Source: Treponemataceae bacterium
Lineage (GTDB): Bacteria > Spirochaetota > Spirochaetia > Treponematales > Rectinemataceae
Reading direction: 5' to 3'
NCBI GenBank assembly: GCA_963667725.2
Contig: CAXXHO010000005.1
Location: 960,001-1,024,000 of the forward strand
Length of the DNA stretch: 64,000 bases
The notes under the pieces are model-generated. The model was not told the origin of the DNA. It saw nothing but the letters and a program-made list of their open reading frames with translations, and did no database searches. The translations under genes and the position numbers were made by a program. Position 1 is the stretch's first letter; each line of letters opens with the position of its first letter. Shown here in pieces: positions 27,384 to 36,767 of the stretch.

Positions 27384-28871
27384 ATGAACTTCCAATTATC
27401 CGGCACAAAGGCCGAAGGATATCAGCTAGTCGCCGGCTATCTCGGCGCGGCAGCTATGGCGGCAGGCGCCGTTGTCCTGCTCCCTCTCCTCTTTCTGCTG
27501 GCTTTTCCGGAAGAAATGCCCTACGCCGTCGATTTCATAGCCCCGGGCGTCGCGAGCATAACAATCGGATACCTCCTCCTCCTGTTCATCAAAGGCAAGC
27601 ACAGAAGTCAGCTTAAAAAGCACCAGGACTCGGTCGTCATCGCGGCCTCGTGGATCATCGCGATCCTGGTTTCCGCCGTGCCCTTCGTCATGACGGGCCG
27701 ATACGATTTCCCGCAGGCAGTCTTCGAGGCAGCGAGCGGATATACAGCGACGGGACTCACCGTCGTCGACGTCGAACAGAGCCCGAAAATATTTCTCGCC
27801 TTCAGGAGCATCATGCTCTATTTCGGCGCCGTCGGCTTCGTGCTCGCGATGACCTCCATTCTCTCCGACCGCTATGGGATGCGTCTCTACACCGCCACCG
27901 GACACAACGACAGACTCATTCCCAACCTCATCGCGTCGATGCGGACCGTGTCGGCCATCTACACCGGATATATCGCGTCGGGCACGCTTCTCTATCTTGT
28001 TTTCGGCATGAGCTGGTTCGACGCGCTGAATCACTCGATCGCGGCCCTCTCCACGGGAGGCTTCTCCACGAAAGCCCTGAGCATCGGAGCCTATGACAGC
28101 TTCCCTATCGAAATCGTCACCATCGTCCTGATGCTTCTCGGTTCCACGAACTTCTTCGTCCACCTCCTCATCATCAAGGGCAAATTCTCGGGCTGGCTTC
28201 GCCACTGCGAGACGAAGTTTTCCCTCGTCCTCATCGGCCTCGCCGCGCCTCTGATCTGCGCGCTCCTTCTGGGAGGGGTCGCCAGGGACCTGCCACGAGC
28301 GGCCAGGCTCGCGCTTTTCCAGACGGTATCGGCCTTGACTACCACGGGATTCCGCACCGCCGGCGATTTCGCGGCTTGGCCTTCTTCGGCGCTCTTCATT
28401 CTGATAATATTGATGCTGGTCGGCGGCGGCGCGGGATCGGCCTCCGGAGGCATCAAGCAGGCAAGAATAGTAATTATTCTCAAATCTGCGTTTCGAAACC
28501 TGCGGCAGAAATTCAACGACAGGAGAATCATCGCGCCCGATACCGTCCACGCCCTGGGCGGGGAAAGCGTCATAAGCGACGAGGACAGGACCCAGGCGGG
28601 CTTATTCGCCCTCGTTTACCTCGCCATATTCGCCATGGGAACGCTCGCCTATTGTTTTTTCGGCTATTCGATACAGGATTCGGCCTTTGAGTTCGCGTCG
28701 GCCCTGGGAACGGTCGGATTTTCGACGGGCATAACCGGCTATGCCGCTCCTTCCGGCGTCCTATGGGTGGGGATCGCCGGGATGCTGCTGGGGCGGCTGG
28801 AAATCTATGTCGTATTCATGGGGTTCGCGCGAATCGCCAAAGATGCCGCCGACGCGATTCATGGAAGGTAA
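27384..28871 (+). CDS. trkH: TrkH family potassium uptake membrane protein
   Basis: Four pore-loop motifs (TATG, STGG, TTTG, GTVG) plus GGIK..R and GRLE. Confidence 0.92.
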   Translation: MNFQLSGTKAEGYQLVAGYLGAAAMAAGAVVLLPLLFLLAFPEEMPYAVDFIAPGVASITIGYLLLLFIKGKHRSQLKKHQDSVVIAASWIIAILVSAVPFVMTGRYDFPQAVFEAASGYTATGLTVVDVEQSPKIFLAFRSIMLYFGAVGFVLAMTSILSDRYGMRLYTATGHNDRLIPNLIASMRTVSAIYTGYIASGTLLYLVFGMSWFDALNHSIAALSTGGFSTKALSIGAYDSFPIEIVTIVLMLLGSTNFFVHLLIIKGKFSGWLRHCETKFSLVLIGLAAPLICALLLGGVARDLPRAARLALFQTVSALTTTGFRTAGDFAAWPSSALFILIILMLVGGGAGSASGGIKQARIVIILKSAFRNLRQKFNDRRIIAPDTVHALGGESVISDEDRTQAGLFALVYLAIFAMGTLAYCFFGYSIQDSAFEFASALGTVGFSTGITGYAAPSGVLWVGIAGMLLGRLEIYVVFMGFARIAKDAADAIHGR

Positions 28872-28872
28872 T

Positions 28873-30342
28873 ATGGATCATAAGCACAGCGCCATGGCCA
28901 AGCATGCCGCCGAGACCTTCGGCATCCTTCTCCTCTCCACCCTTGTGGCATTCCTCATCCGAAGCCTCAACCTGCGGGTCGAGAATATCCTCATAATCTA
29001 CGTGCTAAGCATCCTCGTCATCGTCATAGAGACGAAACGCTATATTTGGGGCGTTCTCTCTTCCTTCTTCTGCATATTCACCTTCAACTATTTTTTCACC
29101 GAACCTCTGCATACATTCGTGATCGACGACCCTTCCTATTTCGTCTCCCTCGGAATCTTCCTGATCTCGGCTTTTATCGTCTCCACGCTTACGTCGAGAC
29201 TCCAGAGCCAGATCGCCATCTCAGCGCGCAACGAGGAAATGACGGACAAGCTCTATAAAGTCAGCAACGGCTACCTGAACATCTCCGAAAGAGAAGAGAT
29301 TGTCTCCTACGGCGAGAAGAGCATCACCATGCTCATCGGCAAGCCCTGCGTCATTTTCTACGGCGAGGCTTCTGCCCTCGCCGATCCGGAGGCCGCCGCC
29401 TGCTTCGCGAAAAGTCCAGCCGAAAGCGTGGAAGGCTATGGTCCCATGATAGCCGGGAAGCGCTTCATCCCCATCATGAACCAGAACAAGACCGTGGGTG
29501 TGCTCAGGATCGACTGCTCGGAAGGCGACATCGCCAAGGACGAAAGACTCTATCTCGAAACCATACTCTCCCAGTTCGTCATGGCCATGGAGCGCGAGGA
29601 ACTGCATCAGGCCGAGGAACGCCATCGCATCAACATCGAAAAAGAGCGATTGAGAAACAACTTGCTGAGAAGCATCTCCCACGATCTCCGGACCCCCCTC
29701 ACCGCGATCGCGGGAGGTTCCGAATTCCTGCTGGACCGCAGCAGGGACATAGACGAGGAAACGAAGCGGAGCCTGCTCGCGGATATCCATTCGGACGCGG
29801 TCTGGCTCGGAACCATGGTCGAGAACCTCCTCAACATGGCCCGCATCCAGGAGGGGAAGCTCATCATCAAGAAACAAGCCGAGATCGTGGACGATATCGT
29901 AAGCGAAGCCCTCTCGAGAGTAGCCAAGAATATCGGGCAGCACCGTCTTTCCTATATTCCTTCCCAGGGGATTCTTCTCGTTCCCCTGGACGGGCAGCTC
30001 ATCATCCAGGTGCTGATAAACCTCCTCAACAACGCGATCGAGCACACGAAGGCCGACTGCCATATCGTGGTCAAGGTCGAACAGCGACAGGACAGTGTGG
30101 TGTTTTCCGTGTCCGATGACGGGGGAGGCATGGAAAAGGATGTCCTGGATCACCTGTTCGAGAGTTTTGGTACGTCGGGAAAGAACGCGGCGGAAAGCAG
30201 GAAAGGCGCGGGGCTGGGCTTGAGCATCTGCAAGGCCACGATTCTGGCCCATGGGGGCTCCATAACTGGCATGAACAATGCCGAGGGCGGAGCCACCTTC
30301 TCTTTTTCTCTTCCTATTTTAGAGGAGGAAAGCCATGGATGA
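28873..30342 (+). CDS. KdpD-like sensor histidine kinase (DUF4118-type TM region, no N-terminal KdpD/Usp domains)
   Basis: FNYFFTEP...F; E.LRNNLLRSISHDLRTPL H-box; NLL.NA, D.G.G and G.GLGL boxes. Confidence 0.88.
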   Translation: MDHKHSAMAKHAAETFGILLLSTLVAFLIRSLNLRVENILIIYVLSILVIVIETKRYIWGVLSSFFCIFTFNYFFTEPLHTFVIDDPSYFVSLGIFLISAFIVSTLTSRLQSQIAISARNEEMTDKLYKVSNGYLNISEREEIVSYGEKSITMLIGKPCVIFYGEASALADPEAAACFAKSPAESVEGYGPMIAGKRFIPIMNQNKTVGVLRIDCSEGDIAKDERLYLETILSQFVMAMEREELHQAEERHRINIEKERLRNNLLRSISHDLRTPLTAIAGGSEFLLDRSRDIDEETKRSLLADIHSDAVWLGTMVENLLNMARIQEGKLIIKKQAEIVDDIVSEALSRVAKNIGQHRLSYIPSQGILLVPLDGQLIIQVLINLLNNAIEHTKADCHIVVKVEQRQDSVVFSVSDDGGGMEKDVLDHLFESFGTSGKNAAESRKGAGLGLSICKATILAHGGSITGMNNAEGGATFSFSLPILEEESHG

Positions 30343-31027
30343 GGCAAGAGTCTTGATCATAGAGGATGATAAAAGCATCCAGAACCTGCTGAGAATCTCG
30401 CTCAAAGCCAGCGGCTATCGCTGCGATACGGCGGAGTCGGGCCTTTCCGGCATCTCGCTTTTTCTCGCCAACAACCCGGGCATCATCCTCCTGGATCTTG
30501 GCCTGCCCGACATCGATGGTTCCGAAGTGCTTGCCCAGATACGGATGCGTTCGCAGGTTCCCGTCATTGTCATTTCTGCGCGGGATCAGGAGAGGGAGAA
30601 GGTTGTGGCCCTGGATGGGGGGGCCGACGATTACATAACCAAGCCCTTCAATATCCCTGAGCTCCTGGCGAGGATTCGCGTCGCCCTCAGGCATGCCGTC
30701 CCCCGGGATATCGAACCGACCATATTCTCCATCGGAGGGCTCTTCATCGATTTCGAGCGGCGCGTCGTGACGGTAGACGGGAAGGATGTGCATCTGACTC
30801 CCATCGAGTACAAGCTTCTTGCCCTTCTCGCCGAGCATTCCGGCAAGGTCTTGACCCATCAGTTCATACAGAAAAAGGTATGGGGCTACGAAACGACCGA
30901 CGAATATCAATCCCTTAGAGTATTCATGGCCAATATACGAAGGAAGATAGAACCGGAGAGTTCGCATCCGCTCTACATTCTGACGGAAATCGGCATCGGC
31001 TATAGATTGGTCGAAGAGTTGACTTGA
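30335..31027 (+). CDS. kdpE: KdpE-like OmpR-family response regulator
   Basis: LLDLGLPDIDG, ALDGGADDY.TKPF, LRV.MANIRRKIE and P.YI.TE.GIGYR motifs. Confidence 0.88.
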   Translation: MDEARVLIIEDDKSIQNLLRISLKASGYRCDTAESGLSGISLFLANNPGIILLDLGLPDIDGSEVLAQIRMRSQVPVIVISARDQEREKVVALDGGADDYITKPFNIPELLARIRVALRHAVPRDIEPTIFSIGGLFIDFERRVVTVDGKDVHLTPIEYKLLALLAEHSGKVLTHQFIQKKVWGYETTDEYQSLRVFMANIRRKIEPESSHPLYILTEIGIGYRLVEELT

Positions 31028-31048
31028 AGGATATTCAGAGGAAAAGGC

Positions 31049-31318
31049 ATGAAGCAAATCTTTAAAATCACGTTTCCGAACAATAAAATCTATATCGGAA
31101 AGGACTTGACCGGAACGCTGACCTATTTCGGGAGTTTCGATCCGCGCGACGTAAAGGCGGACTACAAGAATGTAAAAACTCCCCATTTCGTCATAAAAAA
31201 GGAGATCCTCTGGGAATCCGAGACGGCGGATGACGAGGATGTGGCCAAAAGGGAAGCCGCCTACATCAGGATATTCAATTCGGATAATCCCAAGATAGGA
31301 TATAACCGGCAGGGCTGA
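31049..31318 (+). CDS. Small GIY-YIG nuclease-like protein
   Basis: IFKITFPNNKIYIGKD...E..YI...NP.IGYN pattern. Confidence 0.65.
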   Translation: MKQIFKITFPNNKIYIGKDLTGTLTYFGSFDPRDVKADYKNVKTPHFVIKKEILWESETADDEDVAKREAAYIRIFNSDNPKIGYNRQG

Positions 31319-31339
31319 TGATGCAGGAATGATGATAAT

Positions 31340-31371
31340 AAAAAAGCCGTTCCCGAAGGAGCGGCTTTTTT
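31340..31371. terminator. Bidirectional Rho-independent terminator
   Basis: AAAAAAGCCGTTCC-CGAA-GGAGCGGCTTTTTT between convergent genes. Confidence 0.85.
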
Positions 31372-31394
31372 CACGGCGCTAAGACTTTTGGGTC

Positions 31395-31667
31395 TTAGTA
31401 GCGATCGTTGCTGCGGCGGGGCTTGTCCATGGCTTCGTTCACTTTGATCTGGCGACCATCGAGATCGATACCATTGGTACCATTGATTGCTGCCATAGCT
31501 TCGTTGTCCGAACCCATTTCCACAAAGCCGAAGCCTTTGGAAACGCCGGTGTCGCGATCAGAGATGATTTTCGCCGAAGCGACAGTACCGTAAGTCTGAA
31601 AAAGATTTCGAAGGCTGTCCTCAGAAGTATTGTAGCTCAGATTCCCGACATAAATTTTCTTGCCCAA
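31395..31667 (-). CDS. RRM-domain RNA-binding protein
   Basis: RNP2 IYVGNL and RNP1 KGFGFVEM; TTG start after GGAGG. Confidence 0.92.
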   Translation of the reverse strand: MGKKIYVGNLSYNTSEDSLRNLFQTYGTVASAKIISDRDTGVSKGFGFVEMGSDNEAMAAINGTNGIDLDGRQIKVNEAMDKPRRSNDRY

Positions 31668-31870
31668 AGTAAATTCCTCCACCCGAAGCGTTGCATCGGG
31701 CATCTAAAACCTGTATCCGCGGTAAGCGTGGATATGCTGAACAATGGATTTTTTGTATCCATTCTTAAGTTAAGGGTAGTGTATCACATTGTTCAAACAA
31801 TAAATAGGTGGCTGGGACCTATTTTCTTCCTTAAACCTCGCGAACGCGGTTTTAAGGGCAAAAGAAAGGG

Positions 31871-32893
31871 TTAAATCGCCTTTCCAGCTAAAATTTCCCC
31901 GTAATCGGCATAATTTTTCGCGAGAAGCGCGGGAGTATCCAGATTGTAGGGGCATCGGGAACTGCATTGGCCGCAGTGGAGGCAATCCTCGATCTTCCTC
32001 ATCATCGCCCGGGACTCGGGCGAGAGCAGTTTTTTCGGCGGAGATCGGCGTATCATCAGGGACATGCGCGCGCAGATGTTGATTTCTATGCCGACAGGGC
32101 ATGGCATGCAGTAGCCGCAGCCGCGGCAGAATTCGCCCAGGAGTTCAGTCCTGTCCTTTTCTATGAGGGCGCGGATTTTATCAGTCAAACGGGGGGGATC
32201 GGCTATGTAGGAGAGGAACTCATCCAGCTCGCTTTCCTTCTGGATGCCCCATATGGGAAGAACGTTGTCGAACTGATCGAGATAGGCATAGGCGGCCGCC
32301 GAGTTGGTGATCAGGCCGCCGGAGAGCGCCTTCATGGCGATGAGCCCCATGTCGGCGTTTTTGCATTTTTGGACCAGTTCCAGGTCTTTGGCCGTCGCAA
32401 GGTAGGAAAATGGAAACTGGAGGGTCTCATACAGACCTGAATCGACGCTTTCATGGGCGATCTGGAGTCTGTGGTTGGAAATGCCGATGTGACGGATCTT
32501 CCCCTTTTCCTTGGCCTCGAGCATCGCCTCGTACAGGCCCGTGCCATCCCCCGGTTTCGGGCAGAAGGCGGGATTGTGGAATTGATAAAGGTCCAGATAG
32601 TCGGTCTGGAGATCGCGGAGGCTGGTTTCGAGGTCGGCGCGCAGGTTTTCGCCCGTCTTGGCCTGGGTCTTGGAGGCTATGAATACCTTCTTCCTGACGT
32701 CCTTTAAGGCCGCGCCCAGCTTCTTCTCGCTGTCGGAGTAGCCTCGCGCCGTATCGAAGAACCTGATTCCGCCCTCGTATGCTTTCAGGACGAGAGCCGC
32801 GGCTTCATCCGGCGGGATTCGCTGTATGGGCAGGGCTCCGAAGCCATTCTTGTTTACCTTGATGCGGGTTTTTCCCAATGTGACCGTGGACAT
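31871..32893 (-). CDS. Aldo/keto reductase with C-terminal Fe-S dicluster
   Basis: GFGALP, FFDTARGY..SE and DLYQFH motifs; CRGCGYCMPCP and CLHCGQC...CP. Confidence 0.9.
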   Translation of the reverse strand: MSTVTLGKTRIKVNKNGFGALPIQRIPPDEAAALVLKAYEGGIRFFDTARGYSDSEKKLGAALKDVRKKVFIASKTQAKTGENLRADLETSLRDLQTDYLDLYQFHNPAFCPKPGDGTGLYEAMLEAKEKGKIRHIGISNHRLQIAHESVDSGLYETLQFPFSYLATAKDLELVQKCKNADMGLIAMKALSGGLITNSAAAYAYLDQFDNVLPIWGIQKESELDEFLSYIADPPRLTDKIRALIEKDRTELLGEFCRGCGYCMPCPVGIEINICARMSLMIRRSPPKKLLSPESRAMMRKIEDCLHCGQCSSRCPYNLDTPALLAKNYADYGEILAGKAI

Positions 32894-33004
32894 GGCGTTC
32901 CTTCCTTGTGCCGCCCGTTTTACCATGAAGGCGCTGAACTATGGAAGCGATTATGGATGCGATTATGATAGCGGCCAGGAAATCGTGTTGACAGCGGTTC
33001 CCGC

Positions 33005-33122
33005 GGCAGGCGGCGAGGCATGGCCACGTCTGCGTGATTCTGGCTTCGATTTCAACGATGAAACATTGGAGCGCGGTGTTTCACTCCTGGTGGCTTTGGC
33101 TCTTGGGTACGGGAACGCATAA
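33005..33122 (+). pseudogene. Remnant C-terminus of an M20 amidohydrolase-like gene
   Basis: AGGEAWPRLRDSGFDFNDETLERGVSLLVALA resembles the LH...FDF.DE.L..GV tail of M20D peptidases; no upstream body. Confidence 0.45.
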
Positions 33123-33182
33123 ATTATCACTATATAGTCATATTTGCTAATAAACGACAACAAACATTATTAAAACTTTTAA

Positions 33183-33210
33183 TTGACATAAGGATTTTTC
33201 TGTCTATACT
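33183..33210 (+). promoter_or_regulatory. sigma70-type promoter of the creatininase-dpp operon
   Basis: TTGACA-N16-TATACT. Confidence 0.65.
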
Positions 33211-33388
33211 TGGGAACTTATTGGGATATGGTGATGCGCCTATATATGCATAATCTTCTCCGACGCGGTTTTCCAAACCCCAGGGAGGATTCTTAAGCAG
33301 TCTCTATTAAGCCAGGTGTCTTAGCCGACCGAATATTGATACCGCGACAGTGCGTAAAATCAGCCCATAACCCTCAGGGAGCAGCGAT

Positions 33389-34141
33389 ATGACGTATAAG
33401 ATAGAAGAGATGAGCTGGACGGTTTTCGACGAGCGCAGAAAAATGACGGACACGGTGATAATTCCGACCGGCGCGGTGGAGATATATGGACCCCACCTGC
33501 CGATGGGCTCCGATACCATCGTCGCCGAGGCGCTCGCGCTCCGCGTAGCGGAGAAGACGGGCGCTCTCGTGGCGCCAGCCATCGGAATGGGCGACTCGTC
33601 GATGCTCCTGGATTATCCGGGCACGCTCACGCTGCGGAAATCCACCTACGAAGCGGCCATGGATGATCTGTGTACCGCTCTTATGGACTACGGATTCAAG
33701 AACCTCATGTTCATAAATGGTCATGCCGGCAATGTGGACATGGTGAATTATCTGGCCAGGCGTTACCAGAGAGAGCGCAAGGTGAAATGCGGCCAGATCG
33801 ACTGGTGGCGTTTCGCCGCCGCCAACGGCAATGACATCTTCGAGCTGAAGGGGTATATGGCTCACGGCCACGCGAGCGAATGCGGCACTTCGGTCTTGCT
33901 CTATCTGCGGCCCGACCTGGTGGACATGTCCAAGGCCACGCGGATCGAACCTCCCTCCGAATTCTACCAAGACTTTACCGACGTGATCCGCTATATCCCT
34001 TTGAGCGCCAAGACTCCCAACGCCACCGTCGGCGATGCCACGATCGCGACAGCCGAAAAGGGGAAAGCCCTCGTAGAGAAGTGCGTCGACCGGATTGCCG
34101 CCTATATGGCACATGAATTCAGTATCGAACTAAAGGCATAG
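33389..34141 (+). CDS. Creatininase family amidohydrolase (variant metal site)
   Basis: PTGAVE.YGPHLPMGSD, PGTL, INGHAGN and HA....TS motifs. Confidence 0.88.
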   Translation: MTYKIEEMSWTVFDERRKMTDTVIIPTGAVEIYGPHLPMGSDTIVAEALALRVAEKTGALVAPAIGMGDSSMLLDYPGTLTLRKSTYEAAMDDLCTALMDYGFKNLMFINGHAGNVDMVNYLARRYQRERKVKCGQIDWWRFAAANGNDIFELKGYMAHGHASECGTSVLLYLRPDLVDMSKATRIEPPSEFYQDFTDVIRYIPLSAKTPNATVGDATIATAEKGKALVEKCVDRIAAYMAHEFSIELKA

Positions 34142-34172
34142 ACTAAATTTTTTTAAAGGAGACCCAGAAAAC

Positions 34173-35672
34173 ATGAAGAGAAAGGTAATCTTGATGGCCA
34201 TGGCCATCGCGCTGCTGCTCGCCGCGACCGTCGGCGCCGCGGACAACGCCGGCAGGAAGCTCAAGGACACCCTGAGGGTGGCGACATGGGAAGATCTGAA
34301 GACCATGGATCCCCAGGCATCCAATTTTGTTAGCAATTGGATGGTTCAGCTGAATATCTTCGACAAGCTCGTCTACGAGGATGCCGAAGGCGTGGTGCAT
34401 CCCCGTCTCGCCACCGAGTGGAAATTCCTCGACGACCTCACCCTGGAAATGAAGCTTCGTAAGGACGTCAAGTTCCACGATGGCGGTAAATTCACCGCCG
34501 AGGACGTTCTTTTCACCTTCAAGCGCGGTAAGGCCAACTCCATCAGCGCCTCCACCTTCGCTCCCTTCGATACCGACAACACCGTGATCGTGGATCCCTA
34601 CACCATCAGGATCAAGTTCAAGACCCCCTACGCGGCGATCTTCAACACCCTGACCACGGGACGCGGCGCCATCGTGAGCAAGGCCGCCGTCGAGCGGATG
34701 GGCGCCGACGCTTTTGCCCGCAATCCCGTCGGAACCGGTCCCTACAAGCTCGCTTCGTGGAAATCGGGTTCCGAGATCTCGCTTGTGCGCAATGAGGAAT
34801 ACTGGGGCGAAAAAGCGATCACGAAGAACGTGATCTACTCCATCATTCCCGAAGCCGCCAACCGCGTCATCGAGCTGGAGACCGGGGGCGTGGACGCCGT
34901 CTTTGATGTCAGCGCCAACGACGTCAAACGAGTGAAGAACCTGAAGGGCGCCCATATCCTCATGGGCGATTCCAGCCGCTACATGACCCTCACCTTCAGC
35001 ATGAAGGACAAGCTCCTCAGCAACAAAGACGTCAGGTACGCCTTGTCCTACGCCATCGACAAGGTCGCCCTCGTGGATGCGGTGTATGAAGGGACGGCCT
35101 CAGTGGCGAACGGCCTGTATCCGCCCACCGTCTTCGCGTTCAAGAACAAAGGCGTTCTGCCCTACGACCCGGTCAAGGCCAAGGAACTCCTCGCGAAGGC
35201 CGGCTATCCCGATGGCTTCACCATGAACTTCCTGCTTGAGAACCGCGAAGCCGACATTAGGCTCGCCTCCATCATCCAGAACATGTGGGCCGCCGTCGGC
35301 GTGAAGGTGAAGATTTTCCAGATGACCGCTTCCACCTACACCGCGCAGGGCAACAAATTCCAGGCGGGCATGAGAGCCGGCAACGTCAACGAGCCCTCCA
35401 ACATTCTCATCATCTACGACTCCGCCTTCGGCGAACGCCTCGAGCCGAACGATCCCTGGATCGACAAGAAGCTCGCTGCCGCAAAGACCATCTACGACAG
35501 CAAGAAACGCGCCGCGGCCTATGCGGAGATCCAGGATTACCTCTGGGATATCCGTTACACCGTGCCCTTCGCCTTTACGCCCGTCATCTACGGATTGAGC
35601 GACAGGGTGGAAGGCTGGACCTGCGATCCGATGCAGCAGGTGGAAATGGCCAAGGTTTCCGTCTACAAGTAA
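34173..35672 (+). CDS. Peptide/nickel ABC transporter substrate-binding protein (family 5)
   Basis: Signal peptide; LA..W, LRKDVKFHDG..FTAEDV and PVGTGPY motifs. Confidence 0.92.
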   Translation: MKRKVILMAMAIALLLAATVGAADNAGRKLKDTLRVATWEDLKTMDPQASNFVSNWMVQLNIFDKLVYEDAEGVVHPRLATEWKFLDDLTLEMKLRKDVKFHDGGKFTAEDVLFTFKRGKANSISASTFAPFDTDNTVIVDPYTIRIKFKTPYAAIFNTLTTGRGAIVSKAAVERMGADAFARNPVGTGPYKLASWKSGSEISLVRNEEYWGEKAITKNVIYSIIPEAANRVIELETGGVDAVFDVSANDVKRVKNLKGAHILMGDSSRYMTLTFSMKDKLLSNKDVRYALSYAIDKVALVDAVYEGTASVANGLYPPTVFAFKNKGVLPYDPVKAKELLAKAGYPDGFTMNFLLENREADIRLASIIQNMWAAVGVKVKIFQMTASTYTAQGNKFQAGMRAGNVNEPSNILIIYDSAFGERLEPNDPWIDKKLAAAKTIYDSKKRAAAYAEIQDYLWDIRYTVPFAFTPVIYGLSDRVEGWTCDPMQQVEMAKVSVYK

Positions 35673-35701
35673 GCGTTCAAGAACATTTTTCCGCAGTACA
35701 T

Positions 35702-35755
35702 GCGTAAAGGACCCTCGATCCGGCAAAGCCTGCCGGGTTGGGGATCCTGTTTTAT
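35702..35755 (+). repeat. Stem-loop after the SBP gene (mRNA stabiliser or partial terminator)
   Basis: GGACCCTCGATCCGGCA...TGCCGGGTTGGGGATCC followed by TGTTTT. Confidence 0.55.
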
Positions 35756-35794
35756 GGAGTCGGCATATATTCCGCCGGGAAGGAGAATGGTTCC

Positions 35795-36766
35795 TTGATC
35801 AAATTCATATTCAGAAGGCTGGTGATGATGATACCCGTGCTGCTGGGGGTGTCATTCGTCATTTTCGGCATGCTTTTTTTCGCGCCGGGGGACGCTGCCG
35901 ACGCCATTCTCGGCGATATGGCCACGCCGACGGACAAGCAGCTTTTCCGCGAGCAGCAGGGCCTGGACAAGCCTTTTTTCGTCCAGTATCTGCGCTATAT
36001 GAAAGGCGTCGTCTTCGAAGGCGACCTTGGGACATCGTACGTGACGAGGCAGCCTGTCACGGATGAGATCCTGCAGCGCTTCCCGGCCACGCTCAAGCTT
36101 TCCGCGCTCAGCGTGCTGCTGGCCGTCATCATCGGCATCTCGGTGGGCATCATTTCGGCGACAAGGCAATATTCATTCATCGATCAGTTCGCGACCTCGA
36201 TTTCGATGATCGGCGTATCCATGCCCAATTTCTGGCAGGGGATGATGCTGATAATCGTCTTCGCCGTGTGGCTGCGATGGTTCCCGCCCTCGGGATTCAG
36301 CACGCCCATGCATTGGGTGCTTCCCGTCGTCACGGTGGGGACCAACGCTTCGGCCAATATAATGCGCATGACCCGCTCGAGCATGCTCGAGATAATCCGC
36401 CAGGATTACATCAGGACGGCCCGCGCCAAGGGACAGTCCGAAAGGGTCGTCATCTGGAAGCACGCGCTCAAGAACGCGTTGATCCCCATCATCACCGTCG
36501 TGGGGCTTTCCTTCGGAAGGCAGCTCGGCGGCGCCGTCCTGACGGAATCCATCTTTTCCATCGCCGGCGTCGGCAAACTCATGGTGGATGCCATAAAGCT
36601 TAAAAACTTCCCGATGGTCCAGGGCGGCGTCCTTTTCATAGCCTTCGTCATGTCGCTGGTGAACCTTCTGGTGGATATCTTGTACAGTTTCGCTGATCCC
36701 AGGATCCGTTCCATGTACACCCGACCCAGGACGAAAAAGCCGCAGCCGGCGAAGGAGGCGGCATAA
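35795..36766 (+). CDS. ABC transporter permease (DppB-like)
   Basis: PGD, GDLG.S, PNFW and DYIRTARAKG..E..V..KHALKN motifs; TTG start after AGGAG. Confidence 0.92.
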   Translation: MIKFIFRRLVMMIPVLLGVSFVIFGMLFFAPGDAADAILGDMATPTDKQLFREQQGLDKPFFVQYLRYMKGVVFEGDLGTSYVTRQPVTDEILQRFPATLKLSALSVLLAVIIGISVGIISATRQYSFIDQFATSISMIGVSMPNFWQGMMLIIVFAVWLRWFPPSGFSTPMHWVLPVVTVGTNASANIMRMTRSSMLEIIRQDYIRTARAKGQSERVVIWKHALKNALIPIITVVGLSFGRQLGGAVLTESIFSIAGVGKLMVDAIKLKNFPMVQGGVLFIAFVMSLVNLLVDILYSFADPRIRSMYTRPRTKKPQPAKEAA

Positions 36767-36767
36767 T

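Noticed and set aside
33240..33360. Purine or cobalamin riboswitch match for the creatininase leader
   Set aside because: Only fragments resemble the consensus (ATAAT, GTCTCTA, AGCCAG) and the spacing does not fit. It is kept as an unclassified structured leader.
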